Shown here: piece by piece, positions 13,435 through 25,384 of the stretch | How positions within the stretch are numbered: the first letter of the stretch is position 1 | How the letters are laid out: each line of letters begins with the position of its first letter | Assembly: GCF_006345805.1 (NCBI RefSeq) | Contig: NC_043011.1 | Coordinates: 15,016,464-15,080,463 of the forward strand | Source: Octopus sinensis | Taxonomy: Eukaryota | Reading direction: 5' to 3' | Length of the DNA stretch: 64,000 nt | Program-made: the position numbers and the translations under genes | The notes under the pieces: model-generated | Seen by the model: the letters and a program-made list of their open reading frames with translations, nothing else | The model's database searches: none | Told to the model about the DNA's origin: nothing

Positions 13435-13836
13435 TAACCCGAAGAAAGTAAACAGATATGAAAATATGTGACTGTGTGTTTATGTCTCTGTAATTTAGCG
13501 GTTCGGCAAATCAGCCCGATAGAATAAGTATCAGGGTTTTTTTTTAAAAAAAGTAATTAAAGTGTTAGAGTCGATTTATTCGACCAAAAATTTATTCAAG
13601 GTTGTGCCCCAGCATGGCCACATTCTTGTGACTGAAACAAGTAAAAGATAAAAGAAGATACCTTTTCGAAACGTGATAAAGTAGGAAGATTGCTCTATGT
13701 TTCTTGGTTGGCTGGTCTCTTTCAGAAGAGCAGCAGCTTTTATTTAGAGTACAGATAAAACTTCGTAACTGCAATCTCGATTTCATTCAGCAATAAAGAA
13801 ATACTTAACTGAGATGAGTGGGTTCAATGAAATACA

Positions 13837-13916
<80 letters not shown>

Positions 13917-14185
13917 ACACACATACACACACACATACACACACAATGTATGTATGCATATATTAGATGTTTATCTCTTGACCTATCAACGTTAGATACT
14001 TCTACCAAACCAGTGGAACTGTTTTGCAATCCTTATCTTTGAGAATTTAATTAGAAATTAAATACGTACCTACATATATACATAAATACATATATGCATA
14101 ATACTTATATAATACATACAAGCATACATACATACATACATACATACATACATACATACATACATACATACATACATACATACAT

Positions 14186-14612
14186 GATCTTTTCGGTTGG
14201 AACGGCAGTTTTTCTAGCGGTGTCATATGAAATTGTCACCCATAATTATGACCCTAGTATCGATCTATTGCATTTCAATCTGTTTAGGGTTAGGGCTAGG
14301 GTTAGGGTTAGGGGTGGGGGCAAGGGTATATTTTTTCTTCAGAGATGTAAATAAACCCAATCTGTTTCTTAAACGAGGGACATATTCATACGGCACAGAA
14401 TGTATTTTTACCTCAATGGACGTCATTGATTGGTTGAAATTGCAGAAATTGAAGAAAAAACAACAACAAATATCTTACAAACTATAGAATTTTCTCAATA
14501 AAGCCAAGAGAAAAAGATGTTTTATAAACATATTCTACCAGTATACGAAGTTTAAAATATTTTAGTCACCTAGAAATCATGTTAAAAACTGCCGTTCAAA
14601 CCGTAAAGATCC
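14186..14612. mobile_element. MITE with ~28-bp TIR and internal (TTAGGG)n
   Basis: TIR GATCTTTTCGGTT(T/G)GAACGGCAGTTTTT / AAAAACTGCCGTTCAAACCG(T/A)AAAGATCC; two further copies at 15201-15631 and 40435-40882. Confidence 0.85.
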
Positions 14613-14738
14613 TACATACATACATACGTCATACATGATATACGTACATACAAATGTATGCGATATCATAGTCTATATGTATGAGCGTGTATTTGCATTG
14701 ATGCGTTTATCATTATGTTTGGTTATCTACTGCTTCAG

Positions 14739-14889
14739 GACACTACTGAAAGTATGTCAATTAATTATCAATATGACGATGGCATCCATCTGGTTGATTA
14801 ATCTATCACTAATCATCTTCACTCTCTCCTTCAAAGCGATGATTTTACACAGAAGCCATTTACAACCAGTTCTTGATTCAGCAGAAGTT
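14739..14889 (+). CDS. candidate exon (151 nt, phase 1-0), hydrophobic peptide
   Basis: TTCAG acceptor and GTAAGC donor; open frame TLLKVCQLIINMTMASIWLINLSLIIFTLSFKAMILHRSHLQPVLDSAEV; no recognised homology. Confidence 0.2.
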
Positions 14890-14976
14890 GTAAGCAATAC
14901 AATTTAACTGTGGTACAACATATCATCAATTTACTTGTTTCTTTTTTTTTATGTTATCCTTGACTGAACAGGCACT

Positions 14977-15862
14977 TGTTCTCTTTTTGTAAGACGTAAA
15001 GGCGTGATTTGAGGTGACTCTAGTTGCCATGTCTTGCATTTGGAGCAGACATTTACAAAACCGTTGTGCCATATCGATTGTCAATGTATTTTCAGATTTC
15101 AAGGTGGTGGCAGTCCTCTGCGACATCGATAAAATCACAAAATCGATAGAGAAAATGGAGAAAAATGTCTTGCTGTATTTGTTTCGGTTTTTCACGTTCT
15201 GGGATCTTTTCGGTTTGAACGGCAGTTTTTAATATAATTTCTAGGTAACTAAAAATTTTAAAACTTCGTATACTGGTAGAATGTGTTTATAAAACATCTT
15301 TTTCTCTTGGCTTTATTGAGAAAATTCTAGAGTTTGTAAGATATTTGTTGTTTTTTTCCTTCAATTTCTGCAATTTCAACCAATCACTGACGTCTATTGA
15401 AGTGAAAAACATTCTGTGCCGTATGAATACGTCCCTCGTTTAAGAAACAGATTGGGTTTATTTACATTTCTGAAGAAAAAACGATACCCTTCCCCCCACC
15501 CCTAACCCTAACACTAACTCTAACCCTAAAACAGATTGAAATGCAATAGATCGATACTAGGGTCATAATTATGGGTGACAATTTCATATGACACCCCTAG
15601 AAAAAACTGCCGTTCAAACCGAAAAGATCCCAAAAGTGTTCTCTTTTTGTAAGATGGAAAGGCGTGATTTGGGGTGACTCTAGTTGCCATGTCTTGCATT
15701 TGGAGCAGACATTTACAAAACAGTCGTGCCATATCGAGTATCAATATATTTTCAGATTTCAAGGTGGTGGCAGTTCACTGCTACATCGATAAAATTGCAA
15801 AATCGATAGAGAAAATGGAAAAATATGTCTTGCTGTGTATTTGTTTCGGTTTTTCACGTTCT
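14977..15862 (+). repeat. ~225-bp direct repeat (14977-15200 and 15637-15862) flanking a MITE
   Basis: Copies align end to end with roughly 10% divergence (by eye). Confidence 0.9.
15201..15631. mobile_element. telomere-repeat MITE copy 2 (inverted relative to copy 1)
   Basis: GGGATCTTTTCGG...CCGAAAAGATCCC termini; internal degenerate CCCTAA run. Confidence 0.85.
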
Positions 15863-16458
15863 GTGCTCAAATCCAGCTGAGGTTTACTTTGCCTTTCATC
15901 TTTTAGTAGTGAATAAAAGAATGTACCAGTCAACTACTAAGGTTCATTTAATGGAGCAACTACTGTCCCCAGCTCACTTACCAGCCCTGTACCTATGTTA
16001 GAAATCAATATCGATTCACGTGTTGGCGTATTAATATTTGCTGTAGTAACAATAACAAACAGAAATCTTGGTGAATAAATTATCAGCAAAAAAAAACAAA
16101 ACAAAATGGCAGAACAAAACAAAAAGAATTTCTGTTGTATGTATTTTGTGAATACTTTACTTTTCTTCTTGCAACAGTGTAATTACCTTTACAACAAATG
16201 TTTTATTGAAGAAACTATTGAGATTGATCGATCAATTCATTTAAGATGGATGATTCAATAAAACCCGAAAATTATCATGTGGAAGTTCGCATGTTTCATC
16301 TCTCATGTTCTCCTCTCAAACTACCAATGAAATAACAAAAGAGTATAAATAAGTAAATAAAAATAAAGCGAAAAAAAAATAGAATAGAAAAACTTTCTGT
16401 TAAGCAAATTCTCTTGCCATAATTCTTGTCTAAAACTTCCTTTTGAGTTATCGAAGAC

Positions 16459-16500
<42 letters not shown>

Positions 16501-17686
16501 AAGAGGGAGAGAGAGAAAGAAAAAAAATAACTGTAAAGTATGATTCTTTTTTTTTCCAAATAAAATGTAGAACGCTGCTGAATATTGGTCAATTGTTTAC
16601 ACAAGTGAGTAAATATGTCGTTCTATTCACAGCAGAATAACAGAGAAAGAAGGAGAGATATCAACAGAGAAGGCGAGAGAAAGAGAGAGGGAGAGGGAGA
16701 AGAAGGAGATAAAAAGGTAAAAGAAAAGAATAAAGGGGAAAAAAATACAAAGAAAAAAGGCGTCGCATGAATATCCATTCGTTTCACATGATGTCATTCT
16801 GCGTGATAGGCTGAGATTTTCTTCTCAATATTTTCAAAGCATTATTAGCATTGTCATTTCAAACTCTGATTGCAGCTTCCTCTAGAACAGAACCCCCACA
16901 CACACATACACACATGCTTAACCCCAGCTAGAAACGTACCGACCTCTCCCCTCCTTTACAAACTCACACCACGACATATATCTCTTGAAGTCATCTTCCC
17001 AGCTCTCAACCAGGTCTGAAGCCTTGTTGACCTTGCGGAATAAATTTGATTTAAGCCAATACTTGTCATATCGGTTAATTTATCGAAAAAGCCTCATGGC
17101 TTACCAGCTGTAGATATCTCATATCACCAGTTTCAAATACTCACCGATGACTTCATTATGTACGAAATTGAAGCTTTTCGACCAGCGTCAGTTTGTTTTT
17201 CAGAAGATACTGAGTTTTTACAAGATAAAATGATGTTCAGTTACTGTTTAGCTTCGATATCCCCTGTGATCGAGAAGTGCTATGATCGAAGGGGTCATTG
17301 TTTTGACCATTCCATTTCTTTTTCAGGTATATCGTATTAGAATTGCAATTTTCTATGTGGTGTTCCTTTCTGAAGATGCAAAAGTGTAGTTTGAAGAAGA
17401 TTCGGTTACTTTTATTCTCAGGTTCAGCTGCTGCGCTGAGGCTCCTCGCAATTAATTTTGGGATCGGGAACTGTTGGTGTTCCACTTACATCACGAGTGC
17501 AACAGTTTCTAAAGAAAAGCTTCAATATCAACGAATCGTCTTTCACTTATACTCCAGGGATCTTTATATGCTTGTCCCAACAAAAGGGAGCAATAGTGAA
17601 ATCGAGATTTCACACCTGAAAATTTTAAAAATAAGAATGAAGTAGCGATAGTGGGTATTTCCTCACACACACACATACACACACAC

Positions 17687-17724
<38 letters not shown>

Positions 17725-17849
17725 GGAAAACGTCGCAAAAACACACATACATACACTCTCACACACATATATATATACAACAGAAAACATTACAAAAACA
17801 CGTACACACAACTCTGTACACGCACAAACACACGCTACATACACACATG

Positions 17850-17886
<37 letters not shown>

Positions 17887-18620
17887 CACACACACACACA
17901 CACACACGCATACAAGATGATCGCGACAGAAATATCTTTCATGAAATGTTCCATCACTGAACATTAAAAGTCACGTGTCTACTTAAGGAATCGTTAATAT
18001 TGTAACTTTGAAGAACTGCAAAAAAAGAAAAAATGGTTAACTACGAACAATGTCATAGGGTTTCGATTCCCTGCAGTGGCCTTTACCGCTTACGTTGCTT
18101 ATACATTTGGTAAAGTGCAGCAGGGGCATGGCAGAATCCCTGGTGCCAACTGCAGTTCTTAGTTACATCCTTTTACGGTTTTACTTCAAATCTTAAAATG
18201 GTTGACTTGGCCTTCATCCTCTGATAAAGATAACGTACCAGTGATACACTGGAGTTTAATATAATCAGCTTTAACCTTCCCCAGGATTCCTGGTTCTGTA
18301 ACTATTTCAGTTATTACATTCCACTACTGTTGTAGCAACAGTTGTTCAGGAAGCAATTGTTGCTTCTTTTGTAACTACAACCGCTGCGACTGTTGTTATT
18401 GTAGCGATTGTACCGCTGTTGCAACTACTTTTGCTGTTGTCGCATTTCTTGCCGCCATTGTTGTTACTGCAAAAATTGTTACTTCTGTTTTTATTCTAAC
18501 AGTTGTTACTGTTCTTTCTAACTACCATGTCATTGTGACAGGCGTTGTTGCAGTTGTATTTACTAGCGTTATTGTGTCAGAAGTTGTTGTATCTACTGGT
18601 GTTGTTATGACAGGTGTTGT

Positions 18621-18625
18621 CTTCT

Positions 18626-18657
<32 letters not shown>

Positions 18658-19156
18658 TTCTTCTTCTTCTTCTTCTTCTTCTTCTTCTTCTTCTTCTTCC
18701 AATCAGGACTCACGCCAATAATCTCTAATTCGAGCCTACTCTAAGCTACTAAAAATGCGTGTAGCAACTTGAAGATCTACCCACCACACGCGATAGACTG
18801 GCGATTGCACGGACGCGAAAGCCACGTTGTTATCCTCATTCTGTAAACGGTGACTTTTTAACGGGTGGAGAGCTGAACCATCCTGGGGTTCAGAGGATTC
18901 GCAATCTAGACTAGGGTCTGAAAGTTTACCACACCATAGTGGGTTACACCATGGTTTCTCGGCTTAGTGGCAGAAAGAGTGAGAGAAAGTTGTTGTGAAA
19001 GAGTTCACCGGGCTCATCCCCCCACACCGCCGGAGCCTCGTGGAGCTTAAGAGTTTTTGCTCCATAAACACTCACAATGCCCGGTGTGGGAATCGAAACC
19101 GTGTTCTTACGACCGCGAGTCCGTTGCCCTAACCACTGGGCCATTGCGCCTCCACT
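18621..19156 (-). mobile_element. SINE family B, tail type e ending in (GAA)n, full length
   Basis: Family B head at 19156; unique ~230-nt tail; 11-bp TSD ACAGGTGTTGT at 18610-18620 and 19157-19167. Confidence 0.85.
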
Positions 19157-19444
19157 ACAGGTGTTGTATCTATTGGTGTTAGCATGGCAAGCGTTGTTGC
19201 TGTTGTATTTACTGGTGTTTCAGTGACAGGCGTTGTTGCTGTTGTACAGTTGTAAACCAGTTAAGCTATTGCCTCAGTGGTTTGATTATGTTAATCGTAT
19301 AACTAGTGCCATCTTTAATGTAACTAAAACTGGTGCCGAAAGTTCTAATGACTGATTTTATTCTGATGTCATTGTTAGCATACTTCTTGTTGTTGCGATT
19401 GTATCTACTGTTGCTGTTGCTGCTGTTGCTGCTGCTGCTGTTGC

Positions 19445-19810
19445 TGTTGCTGTTGAGCGAACGGTCTTCGTCCCAGAACTCACAAGATGGGAGAAGTCCG
19501 AAACGTTGTCCTTTGCTATTCGTAAGACTCGCAGAAAAGAAAGCAGGTCAACCCCGACACCAAGAGCGTCGACGGATGGATGAATGCGCATCCAGGTTCA
19601 GCAGTTGCGTAGGAATTCTGGGACAAGAAAGTGAAAGAAAGTTGGAGCGAAAGAGTACAACAGGGGTCGCCATCACCCCCTGCCGGACTCTCGTGGAGCT
19701 TTAGGTGTTTTCGCTCAATAAACACACATAACGCCCGGTCTGGGAATCGAAGCTGCGGTCCTCCGACCGCGAGTCCACTGCCCTAACAATTGGGCCATTG
19801 CACCTCCACT
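19445..19810 (-). mobile_element. SINE family B, tail type c
   Basis: Family B head; tail GAGCCTGGATGCGCATTCATCCATCCGTCG..GACGAAGACCG..CAACAGCAAC shared with the 26892 and 36444 copies. Confidence 0.85.
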
Positions 19811-20012
19811 GTTGCTGCTGCTGTTGTTACTGTCAATGCATCAGCTACTTTCGCCATTGTATCTACAGTTATGTTACCCTGAGTTCAAATCCCACCGAGA
19901 TCAACTTTGTAAAATAAAGTACCTGTCAAGTTCTGAGCTTCATAGATTCGACTAAGCCTTCTCTGAAAATTGCTGACTTTGTGCCTGTATTAAAGAAACA
20001 CTTATTACAATC

Positions 20013-20051
<39 letters not shown>

Positions 20052-21101
20052 TACTCTGTAACATAACTGCTGAATTTTCATTTATTACCTCTGTCGTAAC
20101 ATCTGTTTCTGTTGTTGCTGCTTATGTTTCAGTCACTGCCACTGTTGTATTTACAGCTATTATTTCTATTGCGTGAGTTATTACTGTTGTTGTAGGTATT
20201 GTTGCCGTGCTGATGTTCTTGTTACTGTTGTTGTTCTTGTTACTATTGCAGTTATTAGCTATATATATTCGTCGTTGTTAGTTATGCATCAGTAGTTGTT
20301 GCTGCTATTGTTGCTATTGTATCAGTCATTGCAACTGTTGTTGATGTCGAATCAGTTATTGCTGTCCTTGTAGTTACTGTTGTTGCTAATGTATCTGTTA
20401 TTGCTGCTGCTGCTGCTGCTATAACTACTGTTGCTGTTGCTAATGTATAAGTTATTACTACTATTCTAACCTCAGTTGCTGATATTATCTGCATAAGTTA
20501 ATAAGTCATTGCAGCAATAGCAGCGGTTGTTGCTATCGTCGTATCTGTTGCTGTTGATATAGCTACAGTTGTTGCTAACGTATCAGTCGCTGCTATTGTT
20601 GTAGATGCTGTTACTGCTGCTGTAGCTATCGTACCAGTTTATGCAACCGTTGTTACTATAGTATCAGTTATTGTTGCTATTCTAGCAACTGGCGCTGTTG
20701 CTAATGCAACCAGTTATTATATTACTACTGTTATTATTACTACCGTGGTCGTTGTTACAGTGGTCATTGTTGCTGTTGTTATGGCAACCATTGTTGCTAC
20801 TGTTCTTGCTGCTGTTGATAATGTATCAGTTGCTGTTACAGCAGTAGCTAACGATGCAAGATATGTAGCTGTCGCTGGTGTTACTGCTGCTGTATCAGTT
20901 GTAACAGCAGTTGTGACAGCCAGTGCAGCTCTTGTTGCTGCTGTTGCTTTCAGCACATCAGTTGATTCCGCTGCTAACGAAGTTGCTAACGTCGTGCAAA
21001 ACAGTTTTTGCATTTGCCGTTGTTATTGCGAAAAATAAACGACCCTATTGTTGTTATGCATTTAACCGCTACTGTTACCGCTCTGTTTGATACACTTGAT
21101 C

Positions 21102-21132
<31 letters not shown>

Positions 21133-21189
21133 ACTTCCCGATGCATCTGCTACGTATGCCGCTCTCCTTAACGTTGTGGTTCGCTGATG

Positions 21190-21255
<66 letters not shown>

Positions 21256-21600
21256 CTGCTACATCTGCTGCTGGTGTTGGTGGTAGAGTTGCTGCTGCTG
21301 CTGCTGTTACTGATCTGATCTTATCTTTGTTTGATCTTGTTGCTGTTGTATACTTAGTCTTGCTGCTATTGCTCTTCCTGTCATTGTTACTCTCATATTG
21401 CAGCAGCAGCGGCAGAAGCAGCAGCTGCTGCTGTCGTCGCCAATACAGATATTAACTGTTGTTTTCGTTGCTGCTGTTGTTAATATTGATGCTGCTGCTG
21501 CTGCGGTTGTTGATGTTATTGTTGTCGGTAAAGTGGTTGATGTACTTGTAGCTACCAGTGCTGACTATTACGACTGTTGACAGCGTTACTACTGCTGCTG

Positions 21601-21646
<46 letters not shown>

Positions 21647-21770
21647 CAGCACTACCACTACCACCACCACTACCGCCACTACTACTACCACCACCAACAA
21701 CGCCACTACTACTACTACTACTACTACTACTGCTGCTACTACTACTACTACTGCTACCACCACCACTACT

Positions 21771-21802
<32 letters not shown>

Positions 21803-21825
21803 CACTACTACTACCACCACTACCA

Positions 21826-21859
<34 letters not shown>

Positions 21860-21882
21860 CACTACTACTACCACCACTACCA

Positions 21883-21916
<34 letters not shown>

Positions 21917-21977
21917 GACTAACACCACGACTACCACCACCACTACCGCCACTACTACTACCACCAACAACGACACC

Positions 21978-22018
<41 letters not shown>

Positions 22019-22039
22019 CACTACTACTGATTGATATAA

Positions 22040-22740
22040 GTGTTCCTTTAATATAGGCGCAAGGTCAGCAATTTTTTAGAGAAGGCTTAGTCAAATCTAT
22101 GAAGCGCAGTACTTGACAGGTACTTCATTTTACTTTATTTTGCTGACCTCGAAAAGATTAATGGCAAAGTTGATCTCGTCGGGATTTGAACTCAGAACAT
22201 AAAGTGCCGGAACATATTGCAAAGTATTTTGCCTGACGCTGAAATGATTTAACCAATCCACCGCCCTCGTAAAGGTAGTAATGAGGCTTTCTAATTGTTG
22301 GCACAAGGTCAGTAATTATGAGGGGGTACTGCTCAACATATATTTATTCTATCGACTCCGAAAAGATGAAAAGCAAAGTCGACCTCAGCAGCATTTGAGC
22401 TCAGAATATAAAGCCGGAAGAAATGTCGATAAATACTTTGTCCGGCGTACTAACGAATCTACCGGCTTGTCACCTTGGCGGTAGTAATAATCCTTTCTAC
22501 TATAGGCACAAGGCTTGAAATTTTGGAGGTGGGGGTGCCAGTTTATTACATTGACCCCAGTGCTTGACTGGCAGTTATTTTTATCAACCCCAAAAGGGTG
22601 AAGGGCAAAGTCGACCCCGGCAGTATTTGAACTCAGAACGTAAAATCAGAACAAATACCACTAAACATTTTCTTTTTCCGGCGTGGTAACGATTCTGACT
22701 GCTATCTACCTCAGAGGTAATAATAATAATAATAATAATA

Positions 22741-22782
<42 letters not shown>

Positions 22783-23125
22783 TAATAATATGAAACTGAT
22801 GTGAACATGTTAATATAATTCCAAGGCGGTGAGTTGGCAGAATCGTTAGCACGCTGGGCGAAATGCTCAGCGGCATTTCATCCGTCTTCACGAAGTGAAT
22901 TCATCCTCACGGGGTCAATAAAAACCAGTTGAGTACAGGGGTTGATGCAATCGTCTTAACCCTTTTCCGAAATTGCTGGCCTTGTGTCAGAATTTGAAAG
23001 CAATACGTACATATAATTCTGCCGAGGTCGACTTTACCTTTCATTCTTTTGAAGTCGAAAAATATAAGTAACATTTGAACCCTGAGGTCCACGGAATCAA
23101 CTTTACCCTCTCCTCTAAAATTATA
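22040..23125. mobile_element. cluster of five decayed family A SINEs (three minus, two plus)
   Basis: Repeated AAAGTCGACC..ATTTGAACTCAGAAC core at ~22170, ~22380 and ~22610 (minus) and complementary matches at ~22825 and ~23025 (plus). Confidence 0.75.
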
Positions 23126-23246
23126 TATGACAGAACACACGTGCACACGTAGATAATAGGCCTTTGTAGAGTTTCAATTTACCAAAATCTACAATATTGG
23201 TTAATCCAAGGCTTTGAGAGAGGATACATGCCCAAGATGCTGCGCA

Positions 23247-23413
23247 CAGTGCCGGCTTCGTGACGTTATAGGCACCTGCGTAAATCAATGCACGGGGCCC
23301 CCAAAATTATATCTTGACTGCAATCCCCAGCTTACATAGAACAGGATTGAGCAACTTGGCGTTGGGGCTCCCCGGGCCACTGTTCAGTGTGTCCAGGCTT
23401 TAGGAAGGCAATG
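23247..23413. mobile_element. decayed hAT-type MITE nested in a family C SINE relic
   Basis: Termini CAGTGCC../..GGCAATG; 8-bp TSD GCTGCGCA / TCTGCGCA (7/8 match). An 8-bp TSD is typical of hAT. Confidence 0.6.
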
Positions 23414-23539
23414 TCTGCGCAGTGGAATTGAATTCAGACCGACATTGGTTCTGAAGCAAAATTATCAACTACAATTACGTCTGTAGACATATGATGCGAG
23501 TTCTCTCTCTCTCTCCCTCTCTAAATTTCCCAAATACAT

Positions 23540-23915
23540 ACGGCTCTGTGGTAAGAAGTCCGCTTCCTAACCACATGGTTCCGGATTCAGTCCCACTACG
23601 TGGCACCTTGAGCAAGTGTCTTCTACTATAGCGATGAGCTGATCAAAGCGTTGTGAGTGGATTTTGTAGACGGAGTTTGAAAGAATCCTGTGTGTGTAAG
23701 TTTGCGTGTCTTTGTGTCAGGGATTGTCCCCTACCACTGCTTGATAACCGGTGTTGGTTTGTTTACGTCCCTGTAACTTAGCGGTTCGGCAAAATAGAAT
23801 AAGTACTTGGCTTTAGAAAATAGGTCCAGTGATCGACTCTGTCGACTAAAAATTCTTCAAGGCTGGCGGACGTCCCAGCATGGCCGCAGTCTAATGACTG
23901 AAATAAATAAAAGTT
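23540..23915 (+). mobile_element. SINE family C
   Basis: Head GGCTCTGTGGTAAGAAG..GGATTCAGTCCCAC through the GACTGAAATAAATAAAAG tail. Confidence 0.85.
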
Positions 23916-24085
23916 AAAAGGTATGTGTGTGTGTGTGTATATATATATATATTGTTGTATTTAGGAATGGTCATTTTGGTAGTTTAGCCAATGACCATTC
24001 CTAAATACAACAATATCTGTTTCAACACACGATTTCACATAGAAAATCTTGTAAACCAATATTATATATATATAATATATATATA

Positions 24086-24135
<50 letters not shown>

Positions 24136-24179
24136 GTATATATATATATATAATATATATATTATATATATATATATAT

Positions 24180-24255
<76 letters not shown>

Positions 24256-24292
24256 CATATATATATATATACATATATACATATATATTTGT

Positions 24293-24470
24293 GAAGGCGC
24301 ATAGCTCAGTGCTTAGAGCGTCTAGCTTACGATCGTGAGGTTGTGAGCTCAATTCCCGGGCTAGGCTGTGCGTTGTGTTGTTGAGCAAGACACTTTATTT
24401 CACTTTGCTCCAGTTCACTCAGCTACAGAAATGAGTTGTGATAACATTGATGGTGTGCGAAGGGAGGCTC
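24293..24470 (+). mobile_element. tRNA-derived SINE family D
   Basis: GGCGCATAGCTCAGTGCTTAGAG A-box, degenerate B-box, TTGAGCAAGACACTT core; older relative at ~61785-61940. Confidence 0.6.
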
Positions 24471-24637
24471 AGTTGTGTGTGTGTGTAATGTGTATTTTTT
24501 TTAATGTGTATTTTTCAGTATAGAAATTTTTAGTAGAATGTTAATAATAATATATAATAATATATTTAAATTTATATTTTATTATAGATATATTTCATTA
24601 TTAATTGAATTACTTTATGGAGGCTCTGTCTCTTAAT

Positions 24638-24695
<58 letters not shown>

Positions 24696-24980
24696 CCATG
24701 TGGTTAGGAATCGGACTTCTTACCACAGAGCCGTATGTATTTGTCAGTCGCTATTGAGCACGGGTGCACCTAAGAGGTTCTCCTGGAGGGTACAAGTCTG
24801 GGTGGAAAGTCGCACAACTTAGGGTTCTTTTTATGGAAGACCTGCAGTCGCTCATATATATATATATATATATAAGATTGGTAAAAATGGTACGATAAAA
24901 AAAGAAAGAAAGAGACCTCAATATTATGTAAATAGAGGAATTTATCTGTAAAATAATATGTGACAATTATTCAATAGCCA

Positions 24981-25043
24981 AGATAAAACTCTGAGTTTCG
25001 GATGCCGAGGTGGAAATCCACAACACCATCTCTTCAGTTATCT
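24981..25043 (-). ncRNA. type I hammerhead ribozyme motif with extended stem II
   Basis: AGAUAA-CUGAAGA-GAUG..GUGG(AUUU)CCAC..CAUC-C-GAAAC-UCAGA-GUU^UUAUCU; perfect 6-bp stem I; one bulged C at the stem II junction. Confidence 0.7.
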
Positions 25044-25087
25044 GGCCAGATAACCGTCACATATTATTTTACACACACACACACACA

Positions 25088-25139
<52 letters not shown>

Positions 25140-25146
25140 CACACAT

Positions 25147-25192
<46 letters not shown>

Positions 25193-25212
25193 ACATATAT
25201 ATATATATATTT

Positions 25213-25248
<36 letters not shown>

Positions 25249-25384
25249 ATATGTTTGTGTGTGTGTGTGTATAGTGTGTGTGAATGTATATATGCAGGTA
25301 TGTGTGTATGTAAGTGACAGTGGGACGCACACACTCACACAATGTAGATACAAAGGAATAAAAATAATGCTCAAAGTATAATAC

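Larger units (their letters stand above)
18330..22030. repeat. cryptic triplet-phase (GTT/GCT/ACT) low-complexity domain with SINE insertions
   Basis: Triplet periodicity throughout; the minus frame reads Thr/Ala/Val/Ile-rich with scattered stops; ends in (ACT/ACC)n. Confidence 0.8.
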
